DNA of 64,000 nt from Candidatus Aminicenantes bacterium (GTDB lineage Bacteria > Acidobacteriota > Aminicenantia > Aminicenantales > Aminicenantaceae), in the NCBI GenBank assembly GCA_030603565.1, contig JAUVXM010000005.1, positions 9,377 through 73,376 on the forward strand, in the 5' to 3' direction. The notes below the pieces were generated by a model, which made no database searches, was not told the DNA's origin, and saw only the letters and a list, made by a program, of their open reading frames with translations. A program made the position numbers and the translations under genes. Shown here piece after piece: positions 56,102 to 64,000 of this stretch; the first letter of the stretch is position 1; each line of letters starts with the position of its first letter.

Positions 56102-57079
56102 ATGAAAGTTATAAAAAGGATTTTTGTTCTATTAACAGTACTTTCAATTCTCCCGTTTTGCTCAATTGAGAAGAAATCTGATATATATACAGTAGGAATA
56201 TTTCAGGTCAATGATGCCCCTACCTTAAACGAGGTTCGCAGGGGATTTATCCAGGCTCTGGAAGACGGTAACTATAAGGACGGAGAAAATATCAGGATAC
56301 TGGCAAAAAACGGGAACGGAGATGTGTCAGAAATCCAGAGAATAGCCATGGAATTTATAAGCGGGAAAGTTGATATGATCGTTCCTTTGTCAACTCCATG
56401 TCTGCAAGCTGCTTTACATGCTACCAGGAAAATACCGATTGTCTTTTCTTCTGTGGCAAATCCTTACCTGGCTGGAGCCGGGATTTCGGCTGAGGATCAT
56501 CTAAGCAATGTTTCCGGAGTATCTTCTGAAGGCCCTATTAAACAGGCTCTTGCTACGATTAAGGAAATGTTTCCTGAAGCTGAAAGGATCGGGACGCTTT
56601 GGACTCCATCTGAATTGAATTCAAACTACTATTTAGAACTTGCCAGAGAAGGAGCGGAGGAACTGGGGTTGGATATTATGGCTGTTCCTGTTGCCAAATC
56701 TAGTGAAGTTCTCCTGTCTGCTCAAGTTCTCATAAATAAGAAAATTGATGTAATTTATCAGATATCGGACAATACCATAAATGATTCATTTGAGGCTCTG
56801 GGAATCGTCGCAGCTGAAAATGCTGTTCCTTTATTTGGTGGTTTTCTTCAATCTACTGAGCTCGGTGCCTGTGCTGCTTTAGGCTGGGATTTTTTTAATA
56901 TGGGATACAAAGCAGGTAAGATCGCTCTTGAGATCAAAGAGGGGATAAGCCCGAAAAATATTCCTTTCCAGTATATGAGTAATGCCAAACTTTATATCAA
57001 TTTAGAAGTGGCTGAAAAACAGGGTGTTGCCTTTTCTGAAGAGATGCTTAAAAGAGCAGACAAGCTAATTAGTCAATAA
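56102..57079 (+). CDS. periplasmic substrate-binding protein of an ABC transporter (COG2984/BMP-like); no permease or ATPase adjacent
   Basis: 325 aa. Signal/lipoprotein-like N-terminus (LLTVLSILPFCS). Two-lobed binding-protein pattern. Family call from memory. Confidence 0.6.
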   Translation: MKVIKRIFVLLTVLSILPFCSIEKKSDIYTVGIFQVNDAPTLNEVRRGFIQALEDGNYKDGENIRILAKNGNGDVSEIQRIAMEFISGKVDMIVPLSTPCLQAALHATRKIPIVFSSVANPYLAGAGISAEDHLSNVSGVSSEGPIKQALATIKEMFPEAERIGTLWTPSELNSNYYLELAREGAEELGLDIMAVPVAKSSEVLLSAQVLINKKIDVIYQISDNTINDSFEALGIVAAENAVPLFGGFLQSTELGACAALGWDFFNMGYKAGKIALEIKEGISPKNIPFQYMSNAKLYINLEVAEKQGVAFSEEMLKRADKLISQ

Positions 57080-57083
57080 AAAA

Positions 57084-57854
57084 TCAGATATCCGCTATTA
57101 TACTCTGCCCTTTACCTAAAGGGATGGCTTTTTGAATTGCCTGATGAGTAAGCTGGGTGGCAAGCTTACAGGCCTGAAGGAGGTTTTCCCCATTTGCCAG
57201 ATAGCAGAGTATACTGGAAGACAGAAAACAGCCGGTTCCGTGGACAGTTTTATTGAGCTTTGTCCTTTCCATAAAATGATATTCATGTCCGCTGTAGAAT
57301 AAGTCTATAGCCTGTCCGGAAAGATGTCCGCCTTTTATCAAGCAGGGAATATGATAAGTTTGGAAAATATTTTTAGCGGCTGCCTCCATATCCTGCTTAT
57401 CACTGATCTTCTTTCCGCATATAAGCGCTGTTTCCTCAAGGTTCGGAGTTAAAATAGAGGCTTTTCCCTTTAATACTGAGAGATAGTCAGAGATTGAATC
57501 ATCCTCCAACAGCCAGGTTCCGGAACTGGATTTAAAGACCGGGTCTACAACGATGGGTTTACCTTTATTCTGAGACAGGATTTTATCTATAGCTGTGATA
57601 GTTTCTTTGCATCCGAGCATCCCGATTTTAATCCCGGAGAATTCGATGTCATCTCTAACAGTCCGGTATTGGTCCAAAATAAAATCGTGAGAAAGACATT
57701 TTATTTTATTGATCTTTTGAGTATTTTGCACTGTGATGGAAGTCAGTATTCCGATTCCATAAAAACCAAGAGAGTGGAAGACTCGAAGGTCAAGTGAGTT
57801 GCCGGCCCCGGATGTGGGGTCATAGCCTGCTACAGAAATTAGGGTTTTTTTCAT
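57084..57854 (-). CDS. thiD: hydroxymethylpyrimidine/phosphomethylpyrimidine kinase
   Basis: ATG 57854 (MKKTLISVAGYDPTSGAG); the track ORF opens at TTG 57878. GIKIGML and VHGTGCFLSS motifs. Confidence 0.9.
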   Translation of the reverse strand: MKKTLISVAGYDPTSGAGNSLDLRVFHSLGFYGIGILTSITVQNTQKINKIKCLSHDFILDQYRTVRDDIEFSGIKIGMLGCKETITAIDKILSQNKGKPIVVDPVFKSSSGTWLLEDDSISDYLSVLKGKASILTPNLEETALICGKKISDKQDMEAAAKNIFQTYHIPCLIKGGHLSGQAIDLFYSGHEYHFMERTKLNKTVHGTGCFLSSSILCYLANGENLLQACKLATQLTHQAIQKAIPLGKGQSIIADI

Positions 57855-58040
57855 TTTAGTTACTTTATGAATTATCAATTGCTTGAAATTTTGTCAATTG
57901 ATAAGTTTGAAATTTTTAAAATTTATGATAAAATTATTATAATAATTAAATTGGATTACTGTAGGAATCTATGTAACATACTGATTGAAAAAGATGTATA
58001 ATACATATCGACATTTTTTTATGAATAGTACAAGTTGATA

Positions 58041-58313
58041 ATGGTTAGCGCAAAATTAATCGTTACCGGTCGTGTCCAGGGTGTATGTTTTCGGGATTAT
58101 ACTCAGAGATGGGCATCTTCCCTTGGATTAACCGGTTGGGTAAAAAACCTGAGTGACGGGAGAGTCGAGGCTCTTGTTAATGGGGATAAGGATAATATCA
58201 TAAAATTAATTAAAGAAATAAAAGAAGGTCCCTCAATGGCCCGGGTAGATAATACTGATATAGAGTGGAGTGATTACAAAGGAGAGTTCAGTGATTTTAA
58301 GATTACCTGGTAA
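58041..58313 (+). CDS. acyP: acylphosphatase
   Basis: 90 aa from ATG 58041. VTGRVQGVCFRDYT signature and GWVKNLSDGRVEA. Confidence 0.9.
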   Translation: MVSAKLIVTGRVQGVCFRDYTQRWASSLGLTGWVKNLSDGRVEALVNGDKDNIIKLIKEIKEGPSMARVDNTDIEWSDYKGEFSDFKITW

Positions 58314-58351
58314 AAGTATAATTTTGGGGCAGCCTGCTTTAGGAGAGAAAA

Positions 58352-58675
58352 ATGCTAAAAATAGAAAAAGACCAGCAAGTTGAGGTAGAGGTTTTTGAGG
58401 GAGTAAAACGCTGTACTCTGGCCTGTGGTAAAGATGTCTTAATGGCAAAATTTAAATATGAGAAAGGAACAAAAGTCCCTCCTCATAAGCATTCCTATGA
58501 GCAGGTAACCACAATTTTAAAGGGCAAACAGAAAATAGCAATAGAAGTGAACGGAAAAAAAGAGGAGTTTACGGTTAACACCGGAGAATCTTATATAGTT
58601 CCTGCCAGTTTTGAACATGAGCAGGAAAGCATCACAGAGAGTATTACTATTGATGCCTGGAGTCTTGCTCCCTGA
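58352..58675 (+). CDS. cupin-domain protein
   Basis: 107 aa. Cupin motif 1 PPHKHSYEQVTTILKG. GGAGAG RBS. Confidence 0.7.
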   Translation: MLKIEKDQQVEVEVFEGVKRCTLACGKDVLMAKFKYEKGTKVPPHKHSYEQVTTILKGKQKIAIEVNGKKEEFTVNTGESYIVPASFEHEQESITESITIDAWSLAP

Positions 58676-58679
58676 TTAA

Positions 58680-59129
58680 CCTGAACTATTCATAGGAAAT
58701 GTCGATATGGATGATACGTTCTTTTATGTCTAGATTCAACATTGATTGAGATGTAAATCCTATTTACTATTTCGTTCACCATATAATTTCTATTTTAATC
58801 GACATTTCTTACCTTTCAGGCGAGCCGATCTTACCGCATCTGCTTCGTTACAGGGTATTCGCGGTGAAATACCACAGCTTCATACCCTGTGCCTCGTATC
58901 TGCGGCAACCTCGACTCGTGAATAATCCAGGTCCTCCTGAATCATTCATAAAAATTGCCGCTGCTGTCTTCATAAAAACAAAAACTAATTTTATCAGCGG
59001 TACTTTTTACCTTTCAGGCGAGCCGATCTCACCGCATCTGCTTCGTTACAGGGTATTCGCGGTGAAATACCACAGCTTCATACCCTGTGCCTCGTATCTG
59101 CGGCAACCTCGACTCGTGAATAATCCAGG
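58680..59129. mobile_element. 450-bp composite of repeat modules bounded by inverted termini and TTAA on both sides
   Basis: Starts CCTGAACTATTCA (58680) and ends TGAATAATCCAGG (59129). TTAA at 58676-58679 and 59130-59133. Fills the gap between the convergent cupin and YHS genes. Confidence 0.7.
58812..58932 (+). repeat. 121-bp type B unit, copy 1
   Basis: Identical to 59010-59130 except T at 58832 versus C at 59030. Internal stem CAGGGTAT...ATACCCTG. Confidence 0.9.
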
Positions 59130-59130
59130 T
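59010..59130 (+). repeat. 121-bp type B unit, copy 2
   Basis: Direct repeat of 58812-58932, offset 198 bp, 120 of 121 positions identical by my base-by-base comparison. Confidence 0.9.
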
Positions 59131-59384
59131 TAATTTTTATTTTGCAGGAATTTCTGTCGGCAGGTTTCTGAGCAGAAAAAATATTCATTCCCGTTATGGA
59201 TTTCTTTTATAGCGTCTTCTATCGGTAAATAGGTATTACAAATTTTATCGTGTACCATTTTTCCTGAAACTTTTTGTTTTGGCTGAGAAGAGCTGCTGCG
59301 TTTATTGAGAGAAGAAAAAAAACGGACGATTTTATAAATAACAAAAAAAAGCAAAGCATAAAAAAAGATTCTATACAGGCCCAT
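59130..59384 (-). CDS. membrane-anchored YHS/TRASH-domain protein
   Basis: 84 aa. N-terminal TM (LYRIFFYALLFFVIYKIV). C-terminal CNTYL...YFFCSETC Cys pattern of YHS/TRASH metal-binding domains. Confidence 0.6.
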   Translation of the reverse strand: MGLYRIFFYALLFFVIYKIVRFFSSLNKRSSSSQPKQKVSGKMVHDKICNTYLPIEDAIKEIHNGNEYFFCSETCRQKFLQNKN

Positions 59385-59582
59385 GTCATAAAATGTAGAT
59401 GATTTTATTGATTATGTCAATTGAGAAGGCAAAATTTTGCTCGGTTTTTCTGAATTATTCACCATTTACTATTTTGCCTTTACTTAGTATTATTTATATT
59501 GACATTCTTATAAATTGTCAGTTTCAAGAATAATGCCTGCTAATATGAATTTGAAGCTAAAAATTTGGAAAATGGAGGGATA

Positions 59583-60725
59583 ATGGATTTTTTATTGACT
59601 GATGAACAGAAAATATTAAAAGAATCTATCAAAAAATTTGCTCAAAAAGAGATTCAACCTTTAGTAAAAGAAAGCGATCAAAAAGGGGAATGGCCGGAGG
59701 AGTTAACCTTAAAGTTAGGGGAAATGGGATTATTAGGAATTATCATACCACCTGAATATTCCGGAGCTGGGTATTCTAATCTGAATTATGTTATCATTCT
59801 GGAAGAGCTTTCCAAGGTAGATCCCGCTGTCGGATTGGTTGTAGCAGCGCATAACTCATTATGCGCTAATCATATTAATCTTTTCGGCACCCAAGAACAA
59901 AAAAAGAAATATTTAACCAGACTTGCTTCAGGCAAAACTCTGGGAGCATGGGGGCTCACCGAAGCCGGGGCAGGCTCCGATGCTGCTGCCTTGAAAACCC
60001 AAGCAGTCAAAAAAGGTGACACTTGGGTCCTTAATGGCTCTAAACTGTTTATTACTAATGGTTCTCTGGCTGAAATTTTGGTTATTATGGCCATGACAGA
60101 TCCGGAAAAAGGCAGAAAAGGCATCTCTACTTTTATTGTTGAAAAAGGAACCGAGGGTTTTACGGTAGGGAAAAAAGAAGAGAAACTTGGAATCCGGGCA
60201 GCGGACACTGCTGAGTTGATTTTTGAGGAGGTAATACTCCCGGCTGAAAACTTAATCGGAGAGGAGGGAAATGGATACCGCCAGGCTATGGGGATTCTTG
60301 ATGGAGGAAGGGTCAGCATAGCTGCTTTTGCTTTAGGTATTGCTGCTGGCGCTTTGGATGCAGCTTTGAAATATTCCAAAGAAAGGGAACAGTTTGATCA
60401 ACCTATTTCCAATTTTCAGGCTATTCAGTGGATGCTGGCAGATGGATATACTGAGCTGGATGCAGCCCGCTTATTGACTTATCGGGCTGCATTTCTTGAA
60501 GATAAAGGAAAAAGAGTGCCCAGAGAGTCAGCTATGGCTAAACTTTATGCCAGTGAACTTGCGGTTAGGGCTTCTTCTGATGCAGTCCAGATACTTGGAG
60601 GTTATGGATTCAGCAAAGAATACCCTGTTGAGAAGTTTTACCGGGATTCCAAACTAGCAACTATTGGGGAAGGGACCTCAGAAATACAGAGATGGATAAT
60701 TGCCCAGCAAGTATTGAAATCCTAA
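59583..60725 (+). CDS. acyl-CoA dehydrogenase (short/medium chain, Bcd-like)
   Basis: ATG 59583 after GGAGGG (track ORF opens at TTG 59565). GLTEAGAGSD, catalytic-base region GEGTSEIQR. Confidence 0.9.
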   Translation: MDFLLTDEQKILKESIKKFAQKEIQPLVKESDQKGEWPEELTLKLGEMGLLGIIIPPEYSGAGYSNLNYVIILEELSKVDPAVGLVVAAHNSLCANHINLFGTQEQKKKYLTRLASGKTLGAWGLTEAGAGSDAAALKTQAVKKGDTWVLNGSKLFITNGSLAEILVIMAMTDPEKGRKGISTFIVEKGTEGFTVGKKEEKLGIRAADTAELIFEEVILPAENLIGEEGNGYRQAMGILDGGRVSIAAFALGIAAGALDAALKYSKEREQFDQPISNFQAIQWMLADGYTELDAARLLTYRAAFLEDKGKRVPRESAMAKLYASELAVRASSDAVQILGGYGFSKEYPVEKFYRDSKLATIGEGTSEIQRWIIAQQVLKS

Positions 60726-60756
60726 GTTTTTGGGCTCTAAACTAATTCCCGAAACC

Positions 60757-61698
60757 ATGAATCTTGCAGAAGAGATTATAAAGGGAAATCATCGAGCAGT
60801 TGCCAAAGCTATTTCCCTGGTAGAAAATGAAAGCAAAGAATCCCCTGAAATTATTAAAGAGATTTTTCCATATACTGGAAAATCAACAGTCGTAGGAGTT
60901 ACAGGTACTCCTGGCTCAGGTAAAAGTACGCTTGTAAACCAGCTTATAAGCGCATTCAGAAATGATCATAAAACTGTTGGCGTTATTGCCGTAGACCCTT
61001 CAAGCCCTTTCAGTGGCGGGGCTGTCCTGGGTGACAGAATTAGAATGATAGGGCATAGTATAGATCCTGCTGTCTTTATCCGTAGTATGGCAACCCGGGG
61101 TCATTTAGGGGGAGTGGCCCGAACTACAGGGTTAGCTGTTTTAATTCTTGAAGCTGCCGGATTGGATATAATCCTGGTTGAAACTGTAGGGGCAGGCCAG
61201 GATGAAGTAGAGGTTGTAAAACTTACCGACTTAGTCTTGGTTGTACTTACTCCCGCTGCTGGAGATGATATCCAAAATTTTAAAGCCGGAATCATGGAGA
61301 TCGCTGATATTTTTGTACTTAACAAGGCTGATTCACCTGAAAGCGAAAACACTGAACAGCAGTTAAAGGCCATGCTTATGTTAGGGATGGATGGAGGGAA
61401 AGTGACGCCTGTATATAAAACAATTGCTACAACCGGAACCGGGATCAAGTACCTAAAAAAAGAAATTACAGGTTGTATCAGCACGGAAAAACTTCTCTTA
61501 AAAGAGTCCAGGAAAAAAAAGCTTATATCCCGGATGCTTAAGGATATGGTCAATACAATTCTTTTTCAAAAACCCCTGGCAACTTTCCCCAAAAAGAGGT
61601 TTGAAGAATATATAGAAAAAATCTATAAACGGGAATTGGATCCATATACCGCTGCTGAAAAAATAGCAGAAAATATAGGGAGAAAGGCGCATGAGTAA
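60757..61698 (+). CDS. meaB: methylmalonyl-CoA mutase-associated G-protein chaperone MeaB/ArgK
   Basis: ATG 60757 (track opens at TTG 60730). P-loop GTPGSGKST, VDPSSPFSGGAVLGDR, ETVGAGQ, NKAD. Confidence 0.85.
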   Translation: MNLAEEIIKGNHRAVAKAISLVENESKESPEIIKEIFPYTGKSTVVGVTGTPGSGKSTLVNQLISAFRNDHKTVGVIAVDPSSPFSGGAVLGDRIRMIGHSIDPAVFIRSMATRGHLGGVARTTGLAVLILEAAGLDIILVETVGAGQDEVEVVKLTDLVLVVLTPAAGDDIQNFKAGIMEIADIFVLNKADSPESENTEQQLKAMLMLGMDGGKVTPVYKTIATTGTGIKYLKKEITGCISTEKLLLKESRKKKLISRMLKDMVNTILFQKPLATFPKKRFEEYIEKIYKRELDPYTAAEKIAENIGRKAHE

Positions 61699-62089
61699 TA
61701 AAATTGACCATATTGCTGTTGTAGTTAAAGATCTAAAAAAAAGTATAGAACAATGGAAAAGCTATTTTAAAATAGAAGAATGCTGTATTGAAGAAATAGC
61801 GGAAAGGGGAGTAAAACTTGCTCAATTAAAAGTCGGGGAAGGAGCTTCAATAGAACTTGTTTCACCTCTAGGAGAAAAATCAACCCTTAGAAATTTCCTT
61901 AAAAATAAGGGAGAAGGAATCCATCATATATGTTTTAAAGTCCAGGATATTGATAAATCAGTAATAGAACTCAAGAGACAGGGGGTTAGATTTGTCAGCG
62001 AAGAGCCGATTATGGGTGCAAGCGGCAGCCGGATAATTTTTATTCACCCAGACAACCTCAATGGAGTGCTTATTGAACTGAAAGGTTAA
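61691..62089 (+). CDS. mce: methylmalonyl-CoA epimerase (VOC/glyoxalase fold)
   Basis: 132 aa. IDHIAVVVKDL, GEGIHHICFKV, IFIHPDNLNGVLIEL. 8-nt overlap with meaB. Confidence 0.8.
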   Translation: MSNKIDHIAVVVKDLKKSIEQWKSYFKIEECCIEEIAERGVKLAQLKVGEGASIELVSPLGEKSTLRNFLKNKGEGIHHICFKVQDIDKSVIELKRQGVRFVSEEPIMGASGSRIIFIHPDNLNGVLIELKG

Positions 62090-62994
62090 AATTTAAATCG
62101 TATACCGAATTTAATGGAAAAATTGCTGAAATCAATTTCTCCCTGCCGTATATCAGTGATAGATGGGTCATCCGGTCTTTCAACATGCCCTGCCAGTGAG
62201 GAATAATTTTTACCCAGGCCTAAAGGGTCATTGATGTAATAATAGAGGGTTGCTTTTCCCGATTGTTGGAATTCATCTTGACCGAGAAATCCTGTATAGG
62301 AGTTGGAGCCCTTGAATCCGTCGGCTTTTGACCAGGTTTTTTCCGCTTCTACAACCACTGCTATATTTTTAATAATGTCAAACTCAGCGCCAAAGGAAGT
62401 GTAAAATCCTAATGCTTCGGAGTTATATTTGTTTTCTTTTCTATACCAGTATGAATACTCTTTACCGAAAGATGATTTGGAATAGTCATAATTGTTCCAG
62501 CATTGGTATTGAATAAAAACTATATGCCTTCCCATATTGGCAAAGATTTTAGTTCTTGGGAAAAATGGCAGAGCATAGACATAGCTAAATCCTATTTTTA
62601 GAGGAAATGCAGATACCTTATTTTTAATATACTGTGATTCTGTTTGGGTGCTATCAGGATTCTGAAAGGAAATGCTTCCTTCCTGAATATCTGCAAAGCT
62701 GTTACATACACCCATGTTAAGAGCTAATCCTTCAAAAAGAGGGATACGTAGCTCTACCTCATAGCTTGACCCATAACTGAGAGGGATAAACTTTCCTTCA
62801 AGCTGCCCTCCCCTTATTTCCTTCCAATCATTCCAGAGAGAGTTGTAGGAATTGAGCCAGGTGTTGATATCGCCCTCGCCGATAGAATTGCTGTTATAGC
62901 TTAATTTGATACTGAGATGCTCAGCCCTGCCCAGCGGGGATGTAAATAAAAAGATGATTATAGCAAATAGAATTACATTTACTTTGTTTTTCAT
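62086..62994 (-). CDS. outer-membrane beta-barrel protein, function unknown
   Basis: ATG 62994 (MKNKVNVILFAIIIFLF signal peptide). Alternating strand pattern. C-terminal GIRFKF signature. Confidence 0.55.
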   Translation of the reverse strand: MKNKVNVILFAIIIFLFTSPLGRAEHLSIKLSYNSNSIGEGDINTWLNSYNSLWNDWKEIRGGQLEGKFIPLSYGSSYEVELRIPLFEGLALNMGVCNSFADIQEGSISFQNPDSTQTESQYIKNKVSAFPLKIGFSYVYALPFFPRTKIFANMGRHIVFIQYQCWNNYDYSKSSFGKEYSYWYRKENKYNSEALGFYTSFGAEFDIIKNIAVVVEAEKTWSKADGFKGSNSYTGFLGQDEFQQSGKATLYYYINDPLGLGKNYSSLAGHVERPDDPSITDIRQGEIDFSNFSIKFGIRFKF

Positions 62995-63153
62995 TGTTAA
63001 ACATTGTTCCATAAATTGGAAAATTATTCCAGTCTAATTTTTTCATTGATATAATTAAATCAATACGTTAACTTGTTAGCGAACAGATGAACACCGTTAG
63101 TTTAGAAAAAATATGGATTTAAAAATCGAATTATATTTTACAACGAGTCAACA

Positions 63154-64000
63154 ATGAAAAAGAGAAACTTTCTATCAATTTTTACGCTTTTATTTCTTTT
63201 GTTTAATGTAGTCTCTTCTGTTAATGGAGAAACAGCAGAGACAAAATCTTCTATCTTGACAATCGGAGGGAGGCTGCAGACTCAATATCAATATGTGGAT
63301 TCTGATCCATCAACAAATCTTTTGATACTTCGGAGAGCCCGTTTAACCTTTCAATCCGTACTGTCTGACTGGGCAAGCATAAAACTTCAGGTAGAAGCGG
63401 GAAAACAAAAGTTCACGCTTAAAGATGCCTATCTTAGCTTTAACCCTAAAGGATTCAGTATTTTTGTCGGACAAAAACATGTCCCCTTCTCCCGTGAAGC
63501 ATTAAACTCCTCAAAATACCTTCAAATGATTGAGAGAAGCCTTTCATCTGAATTTGCGCCTTTTCGGCAGATGGGAGTCGGTATGCATGGTTTTGCGGTG
63601 GATAAAAAACTGGAATACTCTGTAGGTATTTATAACGGAGCCGTTAACAGCAGCTCTGTGTCTAACCTCGCTAATAATAGACTGGGAAAGGTTAAAATTT
63701 ATCACATAGATGTAGGGGCCAGTGAGGATAACAACAAATTCCTGTATGCAGGAAGAGTAGACTTTTATCCCTTTGGATATATGAAAATGAGCCAGTCTTA
63801 TTTGGAAAAGCTGGAACACCCACTTTTAAGTTTTGGTATTAACTTCTTTAGCTCTGATGATTCTCCGAGTGGAGGATATAATCCAGGTGCGTCCCAATTA
63901 AAGAAGATAGCAGCATATGGAGGAGATGCCGCTCTCAAACATAAAGGTTTTGCCGGAACATTTGAGTTTATACATCGAAATTTGTCGTGGTGGAATTCGA
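63154..64000 (+). CDS. phosphate-selective porin O/P-like outer-membrane protein; 3' end outside window
   Basis: Not in the supplied track because it has no stop in the window. My translation from ATG 63154 is open to nt 64000: MKKRNFLSIFTLLFLLFNVVSSVNG signal, then GGRLQTQYQY...LRRARLTFQ...FVGQKHVPFSRE, a porin-like pattern. Confidence 0.6.
   Translation, partial: MKKRNFLSIFTLLFLLFNVVSSVNGETAETKSSILTIGGRLQTQYQYVDSDPSTNLLILRRARLTFQSVLSDWASIKLQVEAGKQKFTLKDAYLSFNPKGFSIFVGQKHVPFSREALNSSKYLQMIERSLSSEFAPFRQMGVGMHGFAVDKKLEYSVGIYNGAVNSSSVSNLANNRLGKVKIYHIDVGASEDNNKFLYAGRVDFYPFGYMKMSQSYLEKLEHPLLSFGINFFSSDDSPSGGYNPGASQLKKIAAYGGDAALKHKGFAGTFEFIHRNLSWWNS

Noticed and set aside
58812-59130. Two 121-bp direct repeats with a 77-bp spacer looked array-like (CRISPR or similar).
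   Set aside because: There are only two units and the unit length is far above CRISPR repeats. No cas genes are present. The units are copies of the dispersed type B module, and the spacer is itself a type A terminus.
58864-59133. 89-aa ORF (MKYHSFIPCASYLRQPRLVNNPG...) with an internally repeated peptide.
   Set aside because: It is simply the translation through the two 121-bp repeat units. It has a GTG start and no RBS.
1-64000. tRNA, rRNA, tmRNA, RNase P, CRISPR, transposase, integrase, reverse transcriptase, toxin-antitoxin or known defence genes.
   Set aside because: Reading by eye, I found no T-loop-like GGTTCRANYC in a non-coding context, no short regularly spaced repeats, and no ORF with the corresponding motifs. 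This is a manual scan, so small RNAs could have been missed.

Overview
64-kb chromosomal window from a low-GC diderm bacterium with anaerobe-like gene content. Hand-counted 60-nt lines are mostly about 30-45% GC. I call about 57 protein genes and found no rRNA, tRNA, CRISPR array or transposase.

Gene order, left to right:
- a translationally coupled NuoF-like / NuoG-like / NfnA / NfnB redox operon plus a CoA-transferase
- RNase HIII-like, AlaX, two FtsX/MacB permeases, an RluB-type pseudouridine synthase, a LonC-like protease
- crotonase-ribH-nusB-lysS-lolCD, then the envelope cluster bamA-skp-fabZ-lpxA-lpxI
- a sigma-54 enhancer-binding protein followed by a textbook -24/-12 promoter
- SpoIID/SPOR protein, nhaC, and acpS / Acs-like ligase / carrier protein / kbl / tdh / SDR
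- a high-GC BNR/sortilin-like gene beside a rearrangement scar (SDR relic, truncated serine hydrolase), then TetR and Tat-DUF362 genes
- a high-GC lexA-dinB-dnaE2 SOS cassette whose dnaE2 is broken by one extra G in a G9 run
- thiD, acyP, cupin, YHS, then acyl-CoA dehydrogenase-meaB-epimerase and outer-membrane barrels

The least ordinary signal is the intergenic DNA, not a gene cluster. Most of the larger gaps are a mosaic of a few hairpin-rich repeat modules. One class ends in the terminus CCTGRAYTATTCA, with about 20 intergenic termini in the window. It shows identical 4-bp flanks (TAAA, TTAA), insertion beside or into stop codons, nesting, and a 450-bp composite holding two 121-bp units that differ at one base. 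I interpret these as a modular MITE/BOX-like non-autonomous element system; that reading is inference.

I could not identify a convincing novel defence or biosynthetic system. Weaker candidates are listed with caveats.
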